Of a stretch of 64,000 bases of DNA, positions 18,967 to 27,996 are shown piece after piece. The notes under the pieces were generated by a model. That model had not been told where the DNA came from. It saw only the letters and a list, made by a program, of their open reading frames with translations, and made no database searches. The stretch's first letter is position 1. Every line of letters begins with the position of its first letter. Both the position numbers and the translations under genes were made by a program. Source of the stretch: Candidatus Zixiibacteriota bacterium (lineage in GTDB: Bacteria; Zixibacteria; MSB-5A5; GN15; FEB-12); assembly GCA_021163775.1 (NCBI GenBank), contig JAGGTI010000009.1:12897-76896 (forward strand), in the 5' to 3' direction.

Positions 18967-19809
18967 ATGTCGTCCTTTTCCATTTTGTTTATCTCCGATG
19001 TGTGTGGCCGTCCCGGTCGACAGGCGTGTGCGCACATGATCAAAGAATTGCGGGAGGAGCTGGCTGTTGATTATGTGGTGGCCAACGTAGAAAATGCCGC
19101 TGGCGGTTTTGGTATCACGCCGGAAATGTCACGCAAGATGTTCACTTACGGAATCAACGTTCAGACATCCGGCAATCATATCTGGGACCGGGTACAGATA
19201 TTGGAATATCTGAATGAAACCCCGCGTTTGCTTCGTCCGGCAAACTATCCCGATCCTGTCTCTGGCTATGGTCGATATGTTGACACTATTGGGATTCACA
19301 AGGTCGGGGTGATAAACCTCCAGGGTCGGGTCTTTATGGCCAACATTGACTGTCCGTTTCGTACTGCTGACCGGATTGTCAGAGAGGTGCGAAAAGAGAC
19401 GCCGATCATCCTGGTCGATTTCCATGCGGAGGCGACATCGGAAAAACAGGCTCTTGCCGCTTACCTTGATGGTAAAGTGTCTGCAGTAGTTGGGACACAC
19501 ACCCACGTTCAAACAGCCGATGAAAAAGTCAGCTCGCTGGGGACGGCTTACATTACTGATGTCGGGATGACCGGGCCACATGAGTCGATTATAGGTATGG
19601 AAAAATCCCCTTCGCTGGGACGTTTCCTGACCGGTACGCCCAAGCGATTTTCTCCCGCCACTGGTGATGTGAAACTACAAGCGGTTGTGATCAGAATCGA
19701 TGCCGGTAGTGGTGAAGCGACGCACATTGAACGTATCTCAAGAGATTTTGACCTCGTCGATTACCAGAACAGAGGTAATTCCAATTACAATGATATAGAT
19801 GTGGATTGA
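18967..19809 (+). CDS. ymdB: YmdB-like metallophosphoesterase (2',3'-cyclic-nucleotide phosphodiesterase family)
   Basis: ILFISDVCGRPGR..VVANVENAAGGFGIT..SGNHIWD..VDFHAEATSEK..GTHTHVQTADE. The rny-ymdB pairing matches Bacillus. Confidence 0.85.
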   Translation: MSSFSILFISDVCGRPGRQACAHMIKELREELAVDYVVANVENAAGGFGITPEMSRKMFTYGINVQTSGNHIWDRVQILEYLNETPRLLRPANYPDPVSGYGRYVDTIGIHKVGVINLQGRVFMANIDCPFRTADRIVREVRKETPIILVDFHAEATSEKQALAAYLDGKVSAVVGTHTHVQTADEKVSSLGTAYITDVGMTGPHESIIGMEKSPSLGRFLTGTPKRFSPATGDVKLQAVVIRIDAGSGEATHIERISRDFDLVDYQNRGNSNYNDIDVD

Positions 19810-19810
19810 A

Positions 19811-20701
19811 ATGACAGCGACTCTAATTGATGGTAAAATGGTGGCCAAGCAGATTCGCATGGAGGCCAAGAAACGGACTAAAGTGCTCAAGGAGTTCGGC
19901 GTGACTCCTGGTCTGGCGGCTGTTTTAGTTGGCGAGGATCCGGCTTCAATGGTCTATGTCAACAGCAAGGCCAAGACATGTAAGAGATTGGGTCTGTATT
20001 CCGAAGTTATTTCCCGCTCACTTGATATTTCTCAGGATGAATTGATTGGTATCGTGAACGATCTCAACAACAATGATCGAATTCACGGCATTCTGGTGCA
20101 GTCGCCATTACCGAAGCATATTGATGAGTTGGCGGTAACGCTGGCAATCAGGCCTGATAAGGACGTGGATGGTTTCCATCCGTACAACGTTGGGATGCTC
20201 CTTATTAACAAGCCGCAGATGATATCTTGTACACCATATGGAATCGTGAAGCTTCTGGAACATTACGAGCTTGATCCCAGCGGCAAGGAAGTGGTTGTAG
20301 TCGGCCGATCTAACATTGTAGGTAAACCGGTCGCCGCTCTATTGATGCAAAAAGCAAAATGGGCTAATGCGACAGTGACGGTAGCACATTCACGGACTGC
20401 TGATTTGGCCGCGGTTTGCCGTCGGGGTGATATTCTAATCGCCGCTATCGGCTCACCGGAAATGATCACCGGCGACATGATCAAAGATGGAGCCGTGGTG
20501 ATTGATGTCGGGATCAATCGGATCGATGACCCCGAAACGGAGAAAGGTTACCGTCTTGTAGGCGATGTGGCTTTCGATGAGGTTGCCGAGAAAGCTTCGT
20601 TTATTACACCAGTTCCGGGTGGTGTGGGACCGATGACGATCGCTATGCTTATTTCCAACACCGTAACCGCCGCCGAACGGCTGAGCGGCGCAGTCAAATA
20701 G
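19811..20701 (+). CDS. folD: bifunctional methylenetetrahydrofolate dehydrogenase/cyclohydrolase
   Basis: MTATLIDGKMVAKQIR..LAAVLVGEDPASMVYV..HGILVQSPLP..VVVGRSNIVGKPVA..PVPGGVGPMTIAML. ATG 19811 is preferred over track start 19799. Confidence 0.95.
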   Translation: MTATLIDGKMVAKQIRMEAKKRTKVLKEFGVTPGLAAVLVGEDPASMVYVNSKAKTCKRLGLYSEVISRSLDISQDELIGIVNDLNNNDRIHGILVQSPLPKHIDELAVTLAIRPDKDVDGFHPYNVGMLLINKPQMISCTPYGIVKLLEHYELDPSGKEVVVVGRSNIVGKPVAALLMQKAKWANATVTVAHSRTADLAAVCRRGDILIAAIGSPEMITGDMIKDGAVVIDVGINRIDDPETEKGYRLVGDVAFDEVAEKASFITPVPGGVGPMTIAMLISNTVTAAERLSGAVK

Positions 20702-20927
20702 CTATCCGCACCGGACTTGCCGTTGCGCAATTTTTGCACAGGCGTGCATAAGCTGTTTCGCTGAGGCTGTTTTGCCTTGAACGGCATTCTTGTTAATTTA
20801 GAATCGCGGATCAGACAGTCCTTCTAATTGCCATTAACCTGTTTATATGAAACTGCTTAGCTTAACCATCATGGTTGTGTCTGGGTGGAAGTATTTTCCG
20901 CTATAGATTTGGGGCGCAAGGAGTTGG

Positions 20928-20943
20928 GGGCACAAAGTTTGCT
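20928..20943 (+). promoter_or_regulatory. sigma-54 (-24/-12) promoter candidate for the 21006 operon
   Basis: gGGCACaaagtTTGCT matches TGGCAC-N5-TTGCW at GG, CAC, TTGC and W with exact spacing. Predicted +1 is near 20954, 52 nt before ATG 21006. Confidence 0.55.
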
Positions 20944-21005
20944 TTAGACTAGGTCAATATCTGTCATGTCTGTGGTAACCCATAGAGAGACTGACTCGTC
21001 TGTAA

Positions 21006-23984
21006 ATGAAACGTGTGATGAAGCTTTTCAGATTCTGCGCCTTGTTGGCGCTGTTTTCTCTTTTATTGGGGAGTGGTGTTGCCGAATTGAGAGCTGAAAC
21101 CGAATCCCCTTCGGCCTTGGATAAGATAGTCCTGAGCATTCCTTCTCAGCAGGTTGTTGGGCGTCCATGGACAGGTCCGGTTCAGTTACTGCTCCTTGAC
21201 GAAAATCTTGATCTTGTTACTAACTACGATCTAAGTGTTGATCCTATCACGCTCACGGTTTCCGATGGTTCGGTTAGCCCGGCTGTGATCAGTGACCCAT
21301 CGCTTTTCTCGGGTGGAATTGTTGATCTGACAGCTTTGGGATTGGTGTACAGTGGGCATACTGGACCGGTGACGATCATCGCCTCCAACTCTACCGTAAT
21401 ATCAAGCGGCATCTTAGTGTTCAATGGCTATGACTTATCTAAAGTAATCGGTCTGGCTAACGACACAGTTTCTACTGTCTATCCTGAGGTAGAAACTTCA
21501 GTGGTCGCCATTGTTGGCAACGATGGCAACCTGCTTGCAATCGAACCACCATCGCTAAAAGCGTATTTTAAATCGGGCGGTGGATCTGTAAAGATAAATT
21601 TTGCGGCTGGGAGTTCAGGACAAGTGGACACTTTGGTGATCAGCTTGCCAACTACTGGGCTTGCCCCAGGAACCGATACCCTTATGCTGGTCACGGAAAG
21701 TACGTATCACCTGGGAAGCGATGATCTCATAACAGGTGATACCATTCGCATCCCGGTCCAGGTATTACCTTCCGCAGGATTGACAGTTGTCTCGGGATCA
21801 CTCAAGCCGGATTCGGTTTATGGCGGGGTTCTATTCGATTTTGCATTGGCTGTTGTCGCCGATGGTATGCAAATCCCGTTTGATAGTGCGGTAACATCGG
21901 TAAGTGTACTTTCCGACACAGATTCGGTATTGGCCGTTATTTTCGATGGTGTCCTTCAGCCTGATATGATCGTAGCCGATACCCTCTTCTATTATAATAT
22001 CCCGGCCGAGATCAGCACTGTGCCTGATATACCGGTTGGTCGCTATGCGCTTCGTACCGACTACTGTTTGCAAATTGGTGGGTTGTCTCTAAGAGCTGTT
22101 GAACCAAGCTGTGATTCTCTCACCATAATTGCACCGGCCGTTTTGACCTATCTGACCTCGACGCTTGTTCCGGATGAGATTGCTTCGGGTGCGGAAACCA
22201 TGTTTCAATTTGAGATTCAATTGGACGACCCTGTTCCGATATATCTGTCTCACAATTATTCGTCATTTGATTTGTCCTGTTCTGGTTTTTCAGTTGAAGC
22301 TCAACTAAGCGTGCCGGGTGATTCTCTGATTCCGGGCAACAATTTGATCCGTACCGAATCGTTGTATATACCTGAAGAACTGCTCGACAGCACACTTTTG
22401 GCACACGTTTCGATAGTGTATAGTCATGCTGGAGTTGGTAACCAGCTTTTGATTGAGACTAATTTTGACGATGAAATTGTCGTTGTTCAAGAATTTCCAC
22501 TCATAAAAATTGTCGAAACGTACATCGATGCGCTGAATACACCCAAGGTTAACACCAGCCAGGCATTTAAGATCGCCTGCCGAGTGGCCAATATCTCCAC
22601 CACCGATTCAAATCCATTCGAACTAATTCTGGCAACTGATGGTAACTCCCAGTTTGATTCCCTGCTCCAGGTTGATGGGATTGCCAGCGGTGGTGATACT
22701 CTTGTCTATTTTGATGTGGTAGCTTCCAGCGATAGTAACCATGCCGAGGTTTTTCGAGTGGAGGTAGCACCGTTTTCTGTTAATCACACTCTGCCAGACG
22801 ACAATGTTGCGATGGCCATTGTACAGCGACCCGCGGAGTTGGCTGTCTCTCATTTGCTTGTAGGGACCGATAAGGGACATGTCAACGTGGGGGAGGAGTT
22901 TGATCTCATTATTGGTCTCGTCAATACTGGTGATGGCGATGCTACTCATGGGCGTTTTCGATTTAATACCAATGGTGTCTGTGTCTATCTTGGTTTGCCG
23001 GGTGATTCTATGATTATCGAGGAAGTAATTCCGGTCGGCAGTATTCGAGGTGTTTCATTTATAGCACCTGATTTTGATACGATGTTCTCAATCGACGTGG
23101 ATTTGATAGAGCTACCGATTGATATTAACAGCGGTCAGACAGCTCTGATAGGGGATACTACTTTCCAATTCAACTTGGAAGTCACGTCACCGGACCTGTC
23201 TCTAAACATTGAACTCGCGGAAGTATCCTCCAATCTGGTAGTAGCGGGAGAGTCCAAGGATCTATTTTTGTTGCGGGCGACCAACCCCGGAATATCTTCG
23301 TTGTCAGATATCGAATTGGAGTCAATGACGTTTCGTTTCAAGGGGGGCGACAACGAGTCCGCCCGTGTTTGGTCATTGGTGGAGGTCGGTTCAACCGGGC
23401 TGTTTTATGGTGACCGGAAAGTAACCAGTTCCACTGCCGGTGAAGATCGTCTTAAGCTGTTGTTCGACAACTTTATGGTGGTTGCCGGGCAAACTATCGA
23501 ACTGAGTTTTCGAATAAAGTCTCTGGCTGATATCAATAGTGAATTTACAATTGTTCTTAATGCGGATGATATCGTTGCAAGGTATGCCACCGGACCACTG
23601 GCTGACCAAACTGTGACGGCAACTGCTCCAGGTGATGAACAGATAGTTGTGGAAGAGGTATACACTGCTGTTCTGGGCAATCTTGAGAATTCATTTGCAG
23701 TTCGCACCAACCCATTTGATCCGATAGCCGGTCCCGCCGAGTTCCGGTACTACCTGGAACAGTCTCAACAAATTCGATTCCTCGTCCTGACTCTATCTGG
23801 TGAACTTGTATATGAGAGGTTGTTTGAGGCTGACGAGATGGGTGGTCAGGCTGGTGAGAATACGCTATTTTGGGATGGTCGCAACGATAAGGGCCAGGTG
23901 GTTCTCAACGGTGTCTACGTGGTTGTGGTTAGTAGCGAAAATAATCGCGAACAAGCCATTTTGAAACTGGCGGTGCTGAAATGA
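21006..23984 (+). CDS. large secreted adhesin-like protein with Ig/CARDB-like modules and a FlgD-Ig/T9SS-type C-terminal domain
   Basis: Signal peptide MKRVMKLFRFCALLALFSLLLGSGVAELRA. Beta-rich repetitive body. C terminus NPFDPIAGPAEFRYYLEQSQQIRFLVLTLSGELVYE..LFWDGRNDKGQVVLNGVYVVVV..LKLAVLK. Confidence 0.7.
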   Translation: MKRVMKLFRFCALLALFSLLLGSGVAELRAETESPSALDKIVLSIPSQQVVGRPWTGPVQLLLLDENLDLVTNYDLSVDPITLTVSDGSVSPAVISDPSLFSGGIVDLTALGLVYSGHTGPVTIIASNSTVISSGILVFNGYDLSKVIGLANDTVSTVYPEVETSVVAIVGNDGNLLAIEPPSLKAYFKSGGGSVKINFAAGSSGQVDTLVISLPTTGLAPGTDTLMLVTESTYHLGSDDLITGDTIRIPVQVLPSAGLTVVSGSLKPDSVYGGVLFDFALAVVADGMQIPFDSAVTSVSVLSDTDSVLAVIFDGVLQPDMIVADTLFYYNIPAEISTVPDIPVGRYALRTDYCLQIGGLSLRAVEPSCDSLTIIAPAVLTYLTSTLVPDEIASGAETMFQFEIQLDDPVPIYLSHNYSSFDLSCSGFSVEAQLSVPGDSLIPGNNLIRTESLYIPEELLDSTLLAHVSIVYSHAGVGNQLLIETNFDDEIVVVQEFPLIKIVETYIDALNTPKVNTSQAFKIACRVANISTTDSNPFELILATDGNSQFDSLLQVDGIASGGDTLVYFDVVASSDSNHAEVFRVEVAPFSVNHTLPDDNVAMAIVQRPAELAVSHLLVGTDKGHVNVGEEFDLIIGLVNTGDGDATHGRFRFNTNGVCVYLGLPGDSMIIEEVIPVGSIRGVSFIAPDFDTMFSIDVDLIELPIDINSGQTALIGDTTFQFNLEVTSPDLSLNIELAEVSSNLVVAGESKDLFLLRATNPGISSLSDIELESMTFRFKGGDNESARVWSLVEVGSTGLFYGDRKVTSSTAGEDRLKLLFDNFMVVAGQTIELSFRIKSLADINSEFTIVLNADDIVARYATGPLADQTVTATAPGDEQIVVEEVYTAVLGNLENSFAVRTNPFDPIAGPAEFRYYLEQSQQIRFLVLTLSGELVYERLFEADEMGGQAGENTLFWDGRNDKGQVVLNGVYVVVVSSENNREQAILKLAVLK

Positions 23985-25825
23985 TTCGCTCCAGTTTCAT
24001 AGTTGTTGTTATTGCTCTAACACTTTTTCCGTGTACTATAATTTGGGGGGGTGATGCCGGTCGTGAAACACCATTTAGTTCGATTGGTGCTGGTGCGCGG
24101 TCAATCGGTATGGGCGGTGGATTTACTTCGTTGGCGACTGATGCCACCGCTATTCACTACAACCCGGCCGGGTTGGCTGATCTTGAGTACCGAGAAGTTG
24201 CCTTCATGCACTCGCTGCTATTCGAGGGCAGTACTTATGATTTTGCGGCCTTGGTCTATCCAATTACCGAGAACCACGGTATCGGATGTGGTATGATGCG
24301 GATAGGTACTGATGATATTATCCGCCGTGAGGATTTCGCTGATCGTGGTCGATTCAACTTCGCCCATACCCAATTGATGCTTGCTTATGGCAGAAACTTC
24401 AGCGACCGGTTGGCTATTGGAATGACCTTGAAAATTATTCACCAGTCGCTGGATAACTACTCTGATTTCGGTGTTGGGGTCGATGCCGGACTTAATATCA
24501 AATTATATCGCAATTTGCATTTGGGAGCGGTAGGCCGCGAACTGTTGCAATCTGAATTGAAACTTGTGACTCTGTCGGAGAAGACACCGCGAGCCGCCAG
24601 TGTTGGCTTGTCGTTGCATGATTTCGCCTTGTCCGAACCAACCAGGGTATCGCTCAATGTTGACCTGGAGAAGAATGATGGGCGGGATATTCAGATGCAC
24701 GCTGGTGTCGAAGTACTATTTCATAAACACTTTGCGCTACGTGTCGGTTATGATCGGGATGAACTCGCCTTTGGAACCGGCTTACAACATGGTCGATTGA
24801 AACTCGACTACGCTTACAAGTTGGTCGACTACGTGCGCGACCTGCATCACGTTTCGATCTCTTTCCTGATTGGCAAATCGACCACCGAATTGATACGGCT
24901 CAGAGAACTGGCCCTTCTACCACCGGAACCGACCGAGGAGGAGAAACAGTTTGCGGCACTGACAACTCAGGCTAATCGTTTTTTTCACCGTTTTCAACTT
25001 GATTCGGCGCGGGTCTATTTCCTGGCCGCTCTTGACATGCAACCTGACAATCAGGAGATCATCGGCACGCTGGCGGCGATTGAGGAATCACGTCGTATTC
25101 AGCGGGAGCAGGAAGAATCCCTTCGGACCGCTCGTGACGATATCACCCAGACACTCAATAGTTTCATTGCACAATCTGAACGCCTCCTGGCCCTTAAATT
25201 GTACCATGCGGCATTAGATATGTTAGGTCTGATCTTTGATATCGACCCGGGTCATGTAATTGCTAACGAACTGCGAGACCGGATTAAACGTGCCCGTGAG
25301 GCTGATATATACAATAGTTTCGAGCAGGCTCGTACAGCCGCCGATGCTGGACAGTGGGGCGAAGCAATGGAAGCGTACAATAGAGTGCTTGAGATTGATA
25401 CGGAGAATCAGGCGGTCCGTACTGCCAAACAGCAGTTGTTGGCTCGTATGGATCTGCCCGAAAGAATCAGGTTTGCTGTCCAGATGTACGAGCAAGGCAA
25501 CCTGATCGAAGCACGAACACGCTTTGAGGCCATCCTGGAAGTGAACCCCAATGAACCGTTAGCCCTCGAATACCTGCGCCGAATCAACACACCCAGGACA
25601 GCACCCGCCCCAAAGCCTACGATCAGCACACTTGAAGATTTGCAGGCGGATCACGAATACTGGGATATGTACCTGGAAGGTTTGCGTTATATGCGCAACA
25701 AGGAGTATCACCAGGCCATTCAGGTGTGGGAGCGGGTGCTCAAAGTTTATCCCAACAACACCAGCACGCTGGAGAACATTCGACAGGCTCGACTGCGTCT
25801 GGGGACTGAGGATAGCGCTAACTGA
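23981..25825 (+). CDS. PorV/PorQ-like outer-membrane beta-barrel fused to a C-terminal TPR domain
   Basis: The N-terminal roughly 300 aa carry GAGARSIGMGGGFTSLATDATAIHYNPAGLADL and alternating beta-strand patterning that ends HHVSISFLIG. The C-terminal roughly 300 aa are TPR-like. The ATGA start overlaps the upstream stop. Confidence 0.6.
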   Translation: MIRSSFIVVVIALTLFPCTIIWGGDAGRETPFSSIGAGARSIGMGGGFTSLATDATAIHYNPAGLADLEYREVAFMHSLLFEGSTYDFAALVYPITENHGIGCGMMRIGTDDIIRREDFADRGRFNFAHTQLMLAYGRNFSDRLAIGMTLKIIHQSLDNYSDFGVGVDAGLNIKLYRNLHLGAVGRELLQSELKLVTLSEKTPRAASVGLSLHDFALSEPTRVSLNVDLEKNDGRDIQMHAGVEVLFHKHFALRVGYDRDELAFGTGLQHGRLKLDYAYKLVDYVRDLHHVSISFLIGKSTTELIRLRELALLPPEPTEEEKQFAALTTQANRFFHRFQLDSARVYFLAALDMQPDNQEIIGTLAAIEESRRIQREQEESLRTARDDITQTLNSFIAQSERLLALKLYHAALDMLGLIFDIDPGHVIANELRDRIKRAREADIYNSFEQARTAADAGQWGEAMEAYNRVLEIDTENQAVRTAKQQLLARMDLPERIRFAVQMYEQGNLIEARTRFEAILEVNPNEPLALEYLRRINTPRTAPAPKPTISTLEDLQADHEYWDMYLEGLRYMRNKEYHQAIQVWERVLKVYPNNTSTLENIRQARLRLGTEDSAN

Positions 25826-25877
25826 TCTCACCTTTTTTAACTGGTTTTTTCTATAGTACGGGGAGAACTTGCAAGCG

Positions 25878-27923
25878 ATGTTTCGTAGCCCAATAAAGGA
25901 GATCAACTCCGAGTTTCCGGCCGAGGAGAAGTATCTCGATAGCATAATGCGGATTGTTCGGGAGGCGTGTGCCTCGGCGGGTGTGCGGCGCAAGGATACA
26001 CAGGCGATCCTGCTGGCTATTGAAGAGGGTGCTACTAATATCATTCGCCACGCCTACCTGTACGACAAGGGTACGCTCCGATTGCGCATCACCATCTATC
26101 GCAAAATGATCGCATTCTCCCTAATCGATTTTGGTCGTTCGTTCAAACCGGAAGGAACCGGTAAGCTCGACCTGGAACGTTTGGTCGATTCCGGCCGACG
26201 TGGCGGGCTTGGCTTCTATATGATCCGGAAAATAATGGATTCGGTGGAGTATGTCTCATGGGCCGGTCAAAACGAACTGCGCATGACGAAACATATCAAG
26301 CGTAATCATAATGAGACGAACCCGCCCTTGTTCCGCCGTATGGTAACTCTGCGGTTCAAGTTCTCGCTCTGGACTTTCCTTATTGTCAGTTTGGTTATTA
26401 CCGGGGCGTTCTCTCTCGTTCAATGGCGCACCACCGATGAGATATATCGACACCTTGACGGTCTGGCACTTGCCCTTGGTGAGACAATTGCTGAACAAGC
26501 GGTACTGGTGATAATAAATGATCGCACTTATATCGAATTCGATGAGTTGGTGGTCAGTTACCAGAAATCCAACGAGTTTTTGCAACAGATTGTTCTGACT
26601 GACTTGTCCGGTATTGTTCTGGCACACTCCGATGATATTCGTAATATTCGCAAGCCGTACCAACTGCCGGATAATGTATCTTCGCTTTTGGGGCAACCTC
26701 AACGCAGTCAGGTGGATGGTCATGATATTAACTTCCTGGCGGTACCGATAACATCGGGCGAACGGCGCTTGGGTACGGTTTATCTGACCTATACTTCCGA
26801 TTTGATTAATCAACACTTGAATGATTCCCGCCGCATTATCCTCATAGCCACTACCGGTCTGATATTGATGGGTGTGATTGGTATCTATTTGCTGTCAAAT
26901 TACTTTGTCCGTCCGATTGTTAATATCACTCGTCGAGTGCGACGCTTCACCCGCGGCGACCTTGAGAGTCAACTGCCGTTGGAGGGAGCCGCCGAGTTTT
27001 TTGAGATTTCCAAGGCATTCAACGAGATGATGACCCGTCTCAAACGCGATCAGGAAAGTGCTGTTGAACGCGAACGTTTAGCCAAAGAAATCGAGGTCGC
27101 CTCTCAAATTCAGAAAACGCTTCTGCCGCAGAACTTGCCTAAGTTACCGGGTTTGGAAATTGATGCCTTTTATCGAGCGGCATCGGTTATCGGTGGGGAC
27201 CTTTATGACGTTTTCGAAATCAGTCCTGGGCGGTGTTGTTTCATTGTGGCTGACGTCTCAGGCAAAGGTGTTCCGGCATCCCTGGTGATGTCCATGCTAC
27301 GGACAGTGATCAAGATTCATGCTGGTCGTGCCGAATCGGCGAAGGATACCCTGATTCTTGTCAACGATTATCTTACGGAGAACATCCCACGCGGCATGTT
27401 TATTACCGTTTTGATGGGTATCTACAATATCAAAGACCGAAAGGTGCGACTGGTATCCGCGGGTCATAATCCGATGTTGTTGTACCGGGCTGAATCGCGG
27501 CGTATTAGTCGTCTCAATCCTTCTGGTATGCCGCTGGGGGTACCGGCAATGCCCGATACGCAGTTTGGAGATACCGTTGAGGAAGTTGAATGCCAACTTG
27601 CGGACGGTGATGCTTTCATACTTTACACCGACGGCATTACCGAGGCGGTCAACCGCGATGGGGCCCAATACGGTCTTGATCGGTTGGAGCAGTTTCTGCA
27701 CGAACGGTGGAGCGCTAAACCGAGCCAGGATATAACTGCACTGACGGCCGATTTGATCAATGAGATTGACACTTTTGCCGGGTTTGCTCATCAGCGTGAT
27801 GACATAACATTCATACTGGGACGAGCTGTGAATCCTGAAGATGCGGTGGCTGAAGCCTCCGATGAAGCGGAAGAATCGGTCGGTAGTCAGACGCTTCTTG
27901 AGGAACCAGACTCCGGTTTGTGA
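25878..27923 (+). CDS. fusion protein: RsbW/SpoIIAB-type serine kinase, 2 TM sensor, HAMP, PP2C/SpoIIE phosphatase
   Basis: N terminus has EEGATNIIRHAY, IDFGRSF and GGLGFYMIRK (HATPase_c anti-sigma kinase boxes). TM helices LWTFLIVSLVITGAFSLV and IILIATTGLILMGVIGIYLL. A HAMP-like linker follows. The phosphatase part has GGDLYDVFE..FIVADVSGKGVPASLVMS..AGHNPMLL..LYTDGITEA. ATG 25878 is preferred over TTG 25869. Confidence 0.85.
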   Translation: MFRSPIKEINSEFPAEEKYLDSIMRIVREACASAGVRRKDTQAILLAIEEGATNIIRHAYLYDKGTLRLRITIYRKMIAFSLIDFGRSFKPEGTGKLDLERLVDSGRRGGLGFYMIRKIMDSVEYVSWAGQNELRMTKHIKRNHNETNPPLFRRMVTLRFKFSLWTFLIVSLVITGAFSLVQWRTTDEIYRHLDGLALALGETIAEQAVLVIINDRTYIEFDELVVSYQKSNEFLQQIVLTDLSGIVLAHSDDIRNIRKPYQLPDNVSSLLGQPQRSQVDGHDINFLAVPITSGERRLGTVYLTYTSDLINQHLNDSRRIILIATTGLILMGVIGIYLLSNYFVRPIVNITRRVRRFTRGDLESQLPLEGAAEFFEISKAFNEMMTRLKRDQESAVERERLAKEIEVASQIQKTLLPQNLPKLPGLEIDAFYRAASVIGGDLYDVFEISPGRCCFIVADVSGKGVPASLVMSMLRTVIKIHAGRAESAKDTLILVNDYLTENIPRGMFITVLMGIYNIKDRKVRLVSAGHNPMLLYRAESRRISRLNPSGMPLGVPAMPDTQFGDTVEEVECQLADGDAFILYTDGITEAVNRDGAQYGLDRLEQFLHERWSAKPSQDITALTADLINEIDTFAGFAHQRDDITFILGRAVNPEDAVAEASDEAEESVGSQTLLEEPDSGL

Positions 27924-27996
27924 TCTAAGTTTTTGTTGCCTGAGGTGGAGCACATCTCCAGTTTTAAGAGTACTTAAAATAGCAGGTGTATTTGGC

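Noticed and set aside
24045-24051. A G7 tract in the signal-peptide region of the PorV-like gene as a phase-variation switch. Another G7 lies at 45265-45271 in the transglycosylase gene.
   Set aside because: Runs of 7 are expected several times by chance in 64 kb and are short for efficient slippage. Only the A10 tract at 28371 stands out.
27841-27996. N-terminal extensions proposed by the track for several genes: 27841 (STAS), 36683 (SPOR), 34484, 42193 (miaA), 47231 (T9SS cargo), 53639 (purE), 55139, 61701 (grpE) and 50287.
   Set aside because: In each case the extension overlaps the upstream gene or a hairpin and lacks an SD. An internal start gives a proper signal peptide or the conserved N terminus with an SD.
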